A DNA stretch of 59,569 nucleotides, filler included, from Squatina squatina (lineage: Eukaryota): assembly GCA_031763465.1 (NCBI GenBank). It is 4 parts of 4 records of this genome, joined end to end, with 100 filler letters (N's around TTAATTAATTAA, not from the genome) between each part and the next. Parts side by side here need not be neighbours in the genome. Positions count along the whole stretch, not along the records: positions 45,150 to 59,569 come from JARFOE010000058.1; 3 more parts are not named here. The stretch is one strand, 5' to 3'. The notes beneath the pieces were generated by a model. That model was not told where the DNA came from. It did not search any database and worked only from the letters and a program-made list of their open reading frames with translations. The position numbers were made by a program, and so were the translations under genes. Below, in pieces: positions 49,727-59,569 of the stretch (positions are counted from its first letter, which is position 1; each line of letters opens with the position of its first letter).

Positions 49727-49899
49727 CAATGACTTGCATGACCAGTCACTTGATCTTTCAGCGGACCTCTTCCCAGGGGACCCTTCCCCTTCCTGGTCTA
49801 GCTATCTCTATTACTGTACCATTTTATGATGATAGTTTCCGTTGCCATAGTGACATGCAGCTGTTTAGTTGATGTTTCTAACCCATTAAGAATAAGTAA

Positions 49900-50049
49900 C
49901 AAACTTACTACCATAGGACACCTTTCATTTCCTTAGGACACTCCAAAGTGCTTTACTGCCAGTTAATTACTTTTAAAATGTAGTCGCTGTTGTTTTGCAG
50001 GAAAATGCAACAGCCAATTTGCCGAGCAAGATCCTCCAAACAGCAATGA
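49900..50049 (-). mobile_element. Deu-domain SINE 3' fragment
   Basis: CCAAAGTGCTTTAC..TGTAGTCGCTGTTG..GGAAAATGCAACAGCCAATTTG..AGCAAGATCC. Confidence 0.7.
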
Positions 50050-51487
50050 NNNNNNNNNNNNNNNNNNNNNNNNNNNNNNNNNNNNNNNNNNNNNNNNNNN
50101 NNNNNNNNNNNNNNNNNNNNNNNNNNNNNNNNNNNNNNNNNNNNNNNNNCCCCACAAGTGGAAACACTATTAATGTAATCTGCACTGGTTGATGCAAGAT
50201 AGTTTGGTGAGCCAGATTTAGGCATTATTAACACTTGGGCACAGACTTGCTGGTAAACCGCAAATGCTTCGTTGTCAAGGAACTAAGGTGAAGGGATTCA
50301 GGAGTCATCTGGTGCCCTTGATGAATGCTTGTTAGGATATTGATCCCAGTGTTCTTCCAGTACGTCAGAATGGAATCGGCCTTGTACTAAAGTATATTTT
50401 GTTGTCACTCACTCATTAATGTACTCAGCAGTGTTTGCTGAATGCAGTCTGATCAGTGCCTGGGTAATAATTGTTCTCTGCAAAAACCTTGCTGGCATAA
50501 ATTATTTGCGCTCTAATCATGCTCTTGTATTTATCCCCTTATTTATGTAAGATTAAGTAGCTTTGTTATCGTTCTGATTAGGGTTTATTTGAACCTCAAT
50601 TAAGCCATCAGTCAGACTTTACAGAGAACTGAGAAAATGGCTGTCTTTTCATTATGATCATCAGCTTTCTTTTTTCCAACAAATAAGTAAAACAATTGGT
50701 TGCATTAGGGTTGGCCCTGTGGCATCTAACCAATCAGCACAGTCATAATGGGTAAGTACTACCAAGCCCCCAGAGGTGTTAAGGCACAAAGTAATTACTG
50801 TTCCTGACAGCTGAAAACAGCAGGGATTCCATTTCTCAGTATATCATGGTCTTCCATGATTGCTGGCACAGAGAGCCACTGATTATAAGTAAACATTAAT
50901 TATCCCCTGCCACTAATGCGGTAAGCTAGGATGTGCTGTTACTCCACTTAAACAATTTGTCTGCATTCTTTGTACCTACAAAGTGTGGTTCCCAGATTTT
51001 TTTAACTCATCTGAGATATACTCGGTGTCGAAACAGCATTTGGTTTTGAACTGCTTTGTCTTGGAAAATTCCATTAATATATTTTTACAATAAGAACAAT
51101 CTTCTATTTTGTTAATACTTTGCAGTAAACAAAAGGTATTTATTCTATGGGGTTTGTGACAGTTAAATATGGAAGAGAATTTTTTCCCCAAAAACTACTT
51201 TTAACGATTTGGTTGGTTTACCTTCCCTTTACTTTGACTGGGAAATTCTCCTGACTGGTCATACCGTCATTGGCTGCTGGCACAAGTCCTTTGTTTTTCA
51301 CTCAAAGCTACCTGCCTTTCCCTTGTTTCATTGGATTGGTACCTAACTGTTGAATTGTGATTTCTCCTTATTTTACATAATCAGAATCCAAGTCAATTCA
51401 GCTCAAGTGTGATACAGACTTGGCACATCAGAAGCGTGAAAGTTGAGCTATGACACAGAAGTATGATGGACAGGAAGTGCATGTATA

Positions 51488-51685
51488 TAGGAACAGGAGT
51501 AGACCATTCAGCCCCTCGAGTCTGTTCTGCCATTCAGTTAGATCATGGTTGATTTGCATCATAATGCTATCTAACCACTCTGGTTCTGTTACCCTTGTCT
51601 AACAAAACTTTTATCAATCTCAGTTTTGAAATTTCCAATTGACTCCAGTCTTAACAGCTTTTTGGGGGAAAGAGAGTTCCAGATT
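51488..51685 (-). mobile_element. CR1 3' end
   Basis: GGAACAGGAGTAGACCATTCAGCCCCTCGAGTCTGTTCTGCCATTCAGTTAGATCATGG...GAGAGTTCCAGA. Confidence 0.8.
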
Positions 51686-52909
51686 GAGAATTCGGAAGCT
51701 AGAATTGACAATGAAGAGAAGCCAGATGCTTCTTCGCATGGAGGGAGACGGGGACAATTAAAGGGAAATCCACCCTGGCTCATTTTTCCAACAGATTACT
51801 GACTGACGTTGACATAGTCAGTGTCACAGGTCAGCCCTTTTGGAAGAGACAATGGTGTGTGATATTGGGAGCCCGAAGGAGAGAGATAAATTAAACAAAT
51901 TGCAGATGAGTAAATTATTGAGCTTTACATTTGTCCGCAATGTTCAGCCCTTGGGAAATTCTCCATTTGATCGCCTTAATGGGACCGCATGAGCCACAGC
52001 CGAGCAGCCGGGGGCAACCTCTTTCCCTTTTCAGAGGGAACCTGGCAAGCTTAGGCTGTGTGTCTGCCCTCTTCAGCATGGAGCGCCCAAGGTGTGTCCT
52101 GGCAAACCTTTGACCTACTCTTGAGGCCCAGTCCTCTGACCTTGCAAACACTGGTGGGCTTAGTGACTGATGCTGGTGCTGACATGCACCCCACCCCCCT
52201 AACCTGCCCCAACCCCTCCATGGATTTACGATCCCCATGTTTTTGGCTACTTTTTTTTTAAAGATCCTTGTAATTATACTGTAAAACAAAACTCATGTTA
52301 TAACTGACCTTAAAACTCATATATAATTATTGTTGAAGACACTTTTTAATGTTTGGCTAATTATTGAGGATTGACTAAGTTTAGGGACCCTATAGTAAAA
52401 AAAAACTGTCTCGACAGCAATTTTAGGTGTCCAGTAATGGATTGCTTTATTATTGGCTATGTTCAAACAGTCCGATTTTTACATTTGATACCAGTGTTGG
52501 AGAAAACAGTCAACTGTGCTTTTGAATATTCTCAATGAGTAGATGAAATAGTGATAAGGGTACAGTCTTTGGACTTGGTAAGACTTTCAGATAGTGAAAG
52601 CAGTTTTTGTCTCCTTCCTGTGAAAGCCAGTTCAGTGTGTGAAGTTGCAGCTTAAGATGACTCCTTCCATTATTCGCATTGAAAGAAAGAATTGTGCATC
52701 CACAGTAATTGTCCAAAAGAAATCCTTTATATTTCACTTGTGTTGCCTTAATTTTGACACAAATAGCACAAACTGAACAATCTTGTTGGCTGCCAAGTGG
52801 AACTTAGTTTACTGAATTTCTCTGAACATCATGTCCATCATCTCGGCATGCTAATCCTTTCCCTGAGCTCACTAGTGGGGAAAAAATGGTGCTATACGAC
52901 TCTGAATGG

Positions 52910-52919
52910 GTCACGTGAC
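52910..52919. promoter_or_regulatory. Perfect CLEAR/extended E-box GTCACGTGAC
   Basis: Exact 10-bp palindrome in unique sequence. Function not shown. Confidence 0.35.
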
Positions 52920-53671
52920 TGGTCATGCTGACTCCGAGATCATATCGGAATAATCTTGATATATGCAGATATTATACAAAACTTTACTACCAGTGTAATA
53001 ATGATGAAAACAAATAAATAAAATCCTGCAGCCTTGCAAGGACGAGGTCAGCAATACTTCTCTGCATGGCGTGGTGGAACGGGACATATCTCGTCGTGTG
53101 TAGCTATAGGAGCATGACAGTGTGTCCATGCTGGTCATTTTTTTCCTTTGAGAAAAATAGTTAAACTGAAGCATTAGATATTTAATATTTTTATGGGGCT
53201 GTTACATTATCTGCCATCTCTTGAACATGTTCAATTTTTATATACTGTTGTGCAGTAGAGGTTACATCACGTTGTCGTTCAGACCGAACCAAAGATGCCT
53301 CCAGCCATGATCTAATGCTGCTGTGAATTAAGCCTGCTTTCCAGTCCTTCAAGGCTACTGCAGGAGGTTTTAACAATTTGTTTTTTATTTTTGTACAATT
53401 TCTAACTGGTTTTGCTAGTAGCATTGATTCAATTAAGTTTAATTTGAAGATTCTCAATGAGCACTGTTGAACATTATGACTGGTAACTTTGCCATGCAGT
53501 GGCTGTATCGAAGAAGCCCCCTAGTGTGCCTCTCAGACCTAAGGGTTTCTTTAATCTGTATCTTAGAGACCAGCAGGAAATCTTTATACAAAGATGTGTT
53601 TAATTATTTTTACCATTGTTGTTTGAACTCTTGTTTCTTAATTTTACTCTACTTTTGTTTTGCAATAACCC

Positions 53672-54099
53672 TCATTGGCTCCCAGTTTGGCAACACCTCA
53701 ATTTTAAAATTCTCATCTTTGTTTTCAAATCCCTCAATGGCCTCGCTCCTCCCTATCTCTGTATCCTCCTCCAGCCCTACAACCCACTGAGATCTCTGCG
53801 CTCCTCCAATTCTGGCCTCTTGTGCATCTCGAGTTTGATTGCTTCACCATTTATGGCAGTGTCTTCAGCTGCCTAGGCCCTAAGCTCTGGAATTCTCTCA
53901 CTAAACCTCGCCGCCTCGCTACCTCTCTCTCCTCCTTTAAGGTGCTCCTTAAAACCTACCTCTTTGATCAAACTTTTGGTCACCTGCCCACATATCACCT
54001 TATGTGGCTTGGTGTAAAAATATTTTTGATAACATTCCTGTGATGTGCCTTGGGACATTTTACTATATTAAAGGCATTATATAAATAAAAGTTGTTGTC
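53672..54099 (+). mobile_element. L2 LINE 3' end
   Basis: HWLPVWQHLNFKILIFVFKSLNGLAPPYL...GPKLWNSL...FKVLLKTYLF plus the tail AAAGGCATTATATAAAT..AAGTTGTTG. Confidence 0.93.
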
Positions 54100-54691
54100 T
54101 GAGATCAACAACAAAGTTGTAACTTAACAAGATTGAAAAGATAAATCAGAGCTATGTAAGACTTATGTGGTTTGGAATCAAACCATGGAGTTGGGGACCT
54201 CTGTGACCATAAGTATCTTAAGCTGGCCTCGAAGGAGAAAAAATAATAAGTAATTGGAAGCAGCTTGTAGCTAGTGACAATTAAATACCTTATTGCATAT
54301 TGCAATTTTAATGACCTTCAATTAAAACAGTGTGGGAACACTAAATTCTCCTATTCACATATTAATAGTTAGTCATGGAGCCACTGAATGAAGCTATGAT
54401 TTGTACAGAAATACATTTTTGTTAAGTGTACATTCTTAGTCGATGCCACTTGAATGGATTGTGGAACGTTTGAAACATTGTCAGGTCGTACTGGGCAACT
54501 GTATAGTCTGAAATATTAATTTCCTCTTCTTTAGGTTCTGGTCCTTGAGGAGAAGGATGTACACGAAAGCAGATCTTGGCATTAGGATGGAAATTCTAAC
54601 AAAGAAAATGAAAAACAATCATAAAAATGATTCCCATGCTAAAAGTAAAGAGAGTAGACTGAAGGACTATTGAGTTAATTAAAAAGGACTA

Positions 54692-54871
54692 TAGCCCGAA
54701 TTTTAACCTATCCTGTCTGGTGGGTATGGGAAGAGTTTGGGTCAAATACCCATTTTCCATTCTCTCCTTTCAAGTCAACGGAGAGTGAAATCGGGTGGGG
54801 TGTAAAATGGGCATCCAACCTGAACTCACCACGTTCCCTCTGGGTTATAATGGAGGTTAAAATAGGGGCTA
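54692..54871. mobile_element. MITE (~180 bp) with TIRs, TA-flanked
   Basis: TAGCCCGAATTTTAACCT versus AGGTTAAAATAGGGGCTA (16/18 inverted match). Internal CCCATTTT/AAAATGGG and TCTCC/GGAGA symmetry. Confidence 0.8.
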
Positions 54872-55900
54872 TATATCTGAATGTTTTTAACCTCTGTCAT
54901 ATGTATGGCCCATTATAACCTCTTTCAAGTCTCAATAATTCCAGATTAAAGTTCAATTTTAAATCAACACTTTTATATTTTTAAAATTCAATATAACAAG
55001 AAAAAATTATCCACACATTCATAAGGTTAAAAAGAACTTCCTTTAAAGAATGCTTTGATTTCATGAAAGATAGATTGCTGTGAGGAATATCTAGCTTGCA
55101 ATTGCCATTCCTGTCAAAATACATTATCCAAGAAGTTTAGCATACTTTACTGGACAATTGAAGGTATCAGCACTTGTTAACACATTCATAGTTTGAATAC
55201 GATATTGCTGCCCTTCTGTGGGGTACAGAAGTTATTGCATATGTGATCTGACACTCAGATGGTTTTGCTACTCATAGATTCCAAAGTCAGGTGGCTGTGG
55301 AATACTTGCTGTGTCCTGCAGATGATTGCCTACTATTTTTATGAAGCCCATGTTTTGAATTGAGATAGAATTCTGCAGCACTGCAATTGCAAATGTTTAT
55401 AGTTGTTTCAAAACTCCAAACTAACTGCAATTTATATCTTGCAATTTCTTGGCTTGCAAGTTAGAAATTCTTGACAACTTTGCCCTTTAATATGTGCTAC
55501 ATGTATATGTGTTTCTCATCTGACAGTGTCTATAGCCTGTAAACACTCAACAGTATCTGTTTGATCTCAGTGACAATCAAAACAGAGACAGAACCTGAGC
55601 CATTACAAAACCTGAGACTGCAACTGTGGAGATTTTATATCTTTCAATTCACCTTATCCTGAAAAGCTGATTGTACTACAGTTTGTTCATTTGTGTAAAT
55701 CAAAAGCCATTTGGTGTAAGTTTCTCCTACATCTATATTTTATGGAAAATAAACGAATGTAGTAATTTAAGAGCATTCATGACTGAGTGTATATAGGGGA
55801 NNNNNNNNNNNNNNNNNNNNNNNNNNNNNNNNNNNNNNNNNNNNNNNNNNNNNNNNNNNNNNNNNNNNNNNNNNNNNNNNNNNNNNNNNNNNNNNNNNNN

Positions 55901-55998
55901 AGATCGGGCGGGAAAGTGGAGTTGAGGTAGAAGATCAGCCGTGATCTTGTTGAATGACGGAGCAGGCTCGAGGGGCCGAATGGCCGACTCCTGCTCCG
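55901..55998 (+). mobile_element. CR1 3' tail
   Basis: GCGGGAAAGTGGAGTTGAGGTAGAAGATCAGCC..GAATGACGGAGCAGGCTCGAGGGGCCGAATGGCCGACTCCTGCTCC. Confidence 0.85.
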
Positions 55999-56009
55999 AG
56001 TTCTTTTGA

Positions 56010-56570
56010 TCTTATGCAAGAGCAGCCAGTTTGGGAGAGTTTGATTGGAGGGTGTGGGTGTCGTTGGCCGCACTTGTTCCACAGGATTCCCGCTCTGTGA
56101 ATTCCGCACACTCGTATCCTTTGGGGCGTTAGTGTCACACACTCAGGATTAGTGAGCAGCCGCGTAGACAGAGAGTATTGTGCAGAGTGGGTCCGGAGGT
56201 GGTGCCACCTCGTCCGGTTCCCCCACCATCGGCTGACTATTCCTGTGCCTGGGCTGTAGGGTCACTCCTTCCCGCCTCCTCCCTGGATGAGGTGGTGAGC
56301 TGTGGCCTCGGGGGTGGGCGCGATCGGAGGCCAGGAGAATCTCTCCACAAGCGGAGCTGGCAGGAGGGCAAAAAATCAAAGGGATGCTCCACTCTGGGAC
56401 TCAGTTCCGCTGCCCGAGTCACTGTCCGTTAGCCCACCGCCCCCAGTGCACGTGCCAGCTGAGGGCTGACTGTGATGGCTCGTGTAGTTGAATAGCCTGC
56501 CGTCAGTCCACGCCTGAAAAATGGTCACTCGAGTGAGGTACCAGAGGACATTCCTGGAACCTTATCCCAA
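56010..56570 (+). mobile_element. CpG-rich retroposon-like element sharing the core/tail of the 36470/37235 SINE family
   Basis: From ~56355: GGAGGGCAAAAAATC...GACTGTGATG..GTTGAATAGCCTGCC..AATGGTCAC..GAGGTACC. The 5' ~340 bp differs from the SINE head. Confidence 0.5.
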
Positions 56571-57765
56571 TAAAATATTAAGATTAATACTTAATTGGTC
56601 TCTATGTTGGTACACAGGATGAAATGAGTGTTTCATGTGCCTATGTATATTATACTAGTTATGAACAGATTCAAGAAAAATCTCTCTGGCTAAATATTGT
56701 GGATATAGTGGGTTAGAAATGCAATTTGTTTGATGGAATGGACTTTATTTTTANNNNNNNNNNATGTTGTACAATAGGTGACGGTGGAGGTAGCAGGCAC
56801 TGAAAGTATTCCCACGCGAGTTGGGAGAGATACCACTTCACAAAGTATGAACAGTACCAGTGGATCTAAATGGACTTCCAGCAAAGGCAGTCCACCTACA
56901 ATGCTCTGTGAAGGGATTCCACCTACAATCAGAACAACGTGAATTCCAGAATCTGCAGAAATCTACAGTGAATTTTTCTAAACTCTGAGATTATTGGAGG
57001 GGGGGAAATCTATAAGGATATTTAGTGAAATACGTGGGGCATTTTCCCCACAATGTTTTTGCTGTGAGATCACCCAAAACTGATCAGCCACTTATAGTGT
57101 TAAATGCCATCATTAAAGCAGATCCCATTGTATATGGCTTCAAATCTGACCTAAAAGGGCTGCAGAGTTTCTGAACAGATGTCTTGGTAAATAATAAATG
57201 AATGCTTATTTTCCGTCAAGAGGAGCTATATAATCTTGGTAAGTTACCAGTTTTAAATTAAATATACATTAATTCCATTAGCAATATATTTCATTTTTAT
57301 CCACTTACCAGCTTAGAACACATGACATGATGGGATGCAATACAGTATATACCACTTGCAGTTAGATCTGATATTTAGTAGAACTGGGTCAGGAAAGTGA
57401 AGTTCAGTTGCACTGAATTGTGTACTTTGGCAGCACTGGGAAAAAGTCATGGGCTTTACTAGCCATGTGGTCTGGAAGTTGGGAGTTTGGCAGCATTGTG
57501 GTCTGGCTAATGGGGTTTAGCAGTGTGGGGACATTCTTTGGTGTGGCAGAACTGTGGAGAGGGAACCAGAGATCTGGCAGAACTCGTGAGGTTTGGTTTA
57601 TTGTAGCAGAATTGGCTAGGAACTTTCTAAGAGATCTCTGCAAACTTTGGATTTGCTTTTTGTAACTGATTTTAAAAATTCTTACTGTGTGACTCTCTCC
57701 TGATCTTTTTCACACACAGATGTCAGTAATTAGAATGTTTACATTTTATAACTTTCAAAATAATA

Positions 57766-57870
57766 CAGACGAAAGGTCATTGACCTGGAATGTTAACTCT
57801 GTTTCTCTCTCCACAGATGTTGCCTGATCTGCTGAGTATTTTCAACATTTTCTGTTTTTATTTCAGATGA
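57766..57870 (+). mobile_element. Penelope-like terminal repeat with a truncated hammerhead
   Basis: CAGACGAAAGGTCATTGACCTGGAATGTTAACTCTGTTTCTCTCTCCACAGATG...CTGCTGAGTATTT. Confidence 0.75.
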
Positions 57871-59569
57871 TGAACAGGTAATAATTAAAGGCTTCGGATG
57901 ATAATCAAGGTGTTTTTGCTTTTGAAATTCAAATGTGTTTTTTTTTTAAGAACTCAAATTGTCATGAGGAAAGACATTCTGTCTGTGTGCCTCTCTCGCT
58001 TCTTAATTTGATTGCTGTAGTTAATAGAATACTGGCGGATCTCCTACACCATTCCATGGCAAATTCAAAAGNNNNNNNNNNNNNNNNNNNNNNNNNNNNN
58101 NNNNNNNNNNNNNNNNNNNNNNNNNNNNNNNNNNNNNNNNNNNNNNNNNNNNNNNNNNNNNNNNNNNNNNNAATGTACTACATAGAAGTGCTACACAGAG
58201 ACAGTAGAAACCTTCGGTAAAATAAACCAGGTTCCCCACCCCATCCTCGACTTTATAGAGTCTCCAGGAGTTGACCAAAAAATACAGTCCCATCAAAAAT
58301 ATATAATTGACATTTTGGCTCAGACTAATTGAAAATGTCTTAAGTTTCCAAACATATTTTTCACAATTGTCTGTTTTTCCTCAAGTAGCAGATGCTGTTT
58401 TTTCCAGCAGTTAGGACAGAGAGCCCCTAAAAGTGTCCATGTGCAGGGAGTTTCACAAAAAACTCTTGGAAAATGTATAATGCCTGACAATACTGAAAAT
58501 AATTGCAAGAATTTGTACCATTTGCCACGAGGGCTGAAGAATATTTGTTGGATGTTTGATGACACAACTAATAACTGAACATATGTTTACATGAAGTGTA
58601 CGCACTTTATCCTTTTATTAAACAATTTTCTACAAACATCATATAAACAAAGCAAACCACGAATGTGCAGTTTGTGATAAAATATGCTGCCAATAGTAAC
58701 TTTGTAATTTCATTACATAGACAGAACAGTTTATAATTTTTTTTAAAAAAGCAGCTTGTAGCGATAATTAAAAAAAACTACATAAGTGGCACACCTCACT
58801 TAAAATATGTGGCATTCACCAGAACTACTGGGAATCTGTTTTGTTATGTTTTGCCGTTTGAAAACTTAAGTTTGGAAGTCCCTATATCCCATTAAAGGTA
58901 TAGGATATTTGATGTATCCGAAACATTCAGCTGAGACACTCAAACCTTCTGAGCAAAGTTATAAAAGTCTTAAGTCACGAATGAAAGAACAGCAATCTCT
59001 CAAGAGAACTGATACAATATTTCCATTTGAAATATTAAAAAAATGTAGCACAATACAAGTTTCCTGGCCCCTTGCAATCACCCAGCTAAAAAGTAGCAAA
59101 ATGGAGTGACCAGAGAATAAATATCAATAGAACAAAAAGCATTGTTACATTCATCTCATTTTCAGTATAACTGACCAGGTGACTCCAGGCAGTTCTTCAG
59201 CTCCCTGAGTTGGAATATCAATACCACTGAAAGGTTTGCAGATATATTTCTGAAGGCCACGTGATCTTGAAGACATTGAACATTTTCTACAAAAACTCTT
59301 ATCAAAACTTGGGAAAATTCAGCATCAAAGCTTAGTTCGTACAGCTTGCAGTTTTCTCATTTTTGTCACAACCTCATCTCTGCTGTTCATTGCTTTGTGG
59401 CTTCAGTAGCCCTTGCTAAAATTTCCAGCTTTGTTGCACCCCTAATATTAGGTAGAGATCTTGTGCATTTGGAATGTCTTCCGATTCCCTTTTCTTCAGA
59501 TGCCATTTTTAAATGCAAGGTAAAAGAAACCATTTTACAAAATGTGCCCCAAAGGCACATGTCCATTCA

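Noticed and set aside
52910-52919. Linking the CLEAR site to the FRMD4B-MITF neighbourhood
   Set aside because: It lies in a different concatenated piece from the FRMD4 exons.
56100-56570. Short resemblances to RNase P, RNase MRP or 7SK RNA
   Set aside because: The conserved P4/CR-I and CR-V elements are absent, and the similar tail is part of the SINE-like core.
56778-56942. 54-codon frame VTVEVAGTES...PPTIRTT* after an AG
   Set aside because: The acceptor context is lost in a gap and I see no homology, so it cannot be supported.

Overview
Vertebrate genomic DNA, almost certainly from a cartilaginous fish (shark/ray). The inference comes from the repeat content: shark-type CR1 and L2 LINEs, Deu-domain SINEs, PIF/Harbinger fossils and Penelope-like termini. 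The window is not contiguous. Three artificial 100-nt spacers (44N-TTAATTAATTAA-44N at 14566-14665, 29959-30058 and 45050-45149) join four ~15-kb pieces, and each piece has many N gaps. Most of the sequence is intron, intergenic DNA or decayed transposons, and nearly all ORF-track entries are spurious. Supportable host coding sequence: three minus-strand FERM-domain exons of an FRMD4-family gene in piece 3 (FRMD4B-leaning, mixing A- and B-like residues) and one plus-strand terminal coding exon of a gene I cannot name in piece 4. The most interesting other signals are decayed minimal hammerhead ribozymes in Penelope-like termini, a convergent two-gene Harbinger fossil, a triple-hairpin transposon end, and a CpG-rich element that shares a SINE core but has a different head. 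I cannot support a genuinely new biological system here. Family assignments come from recalled consensus sequences, not from searches, and TE boundaries are approximate.
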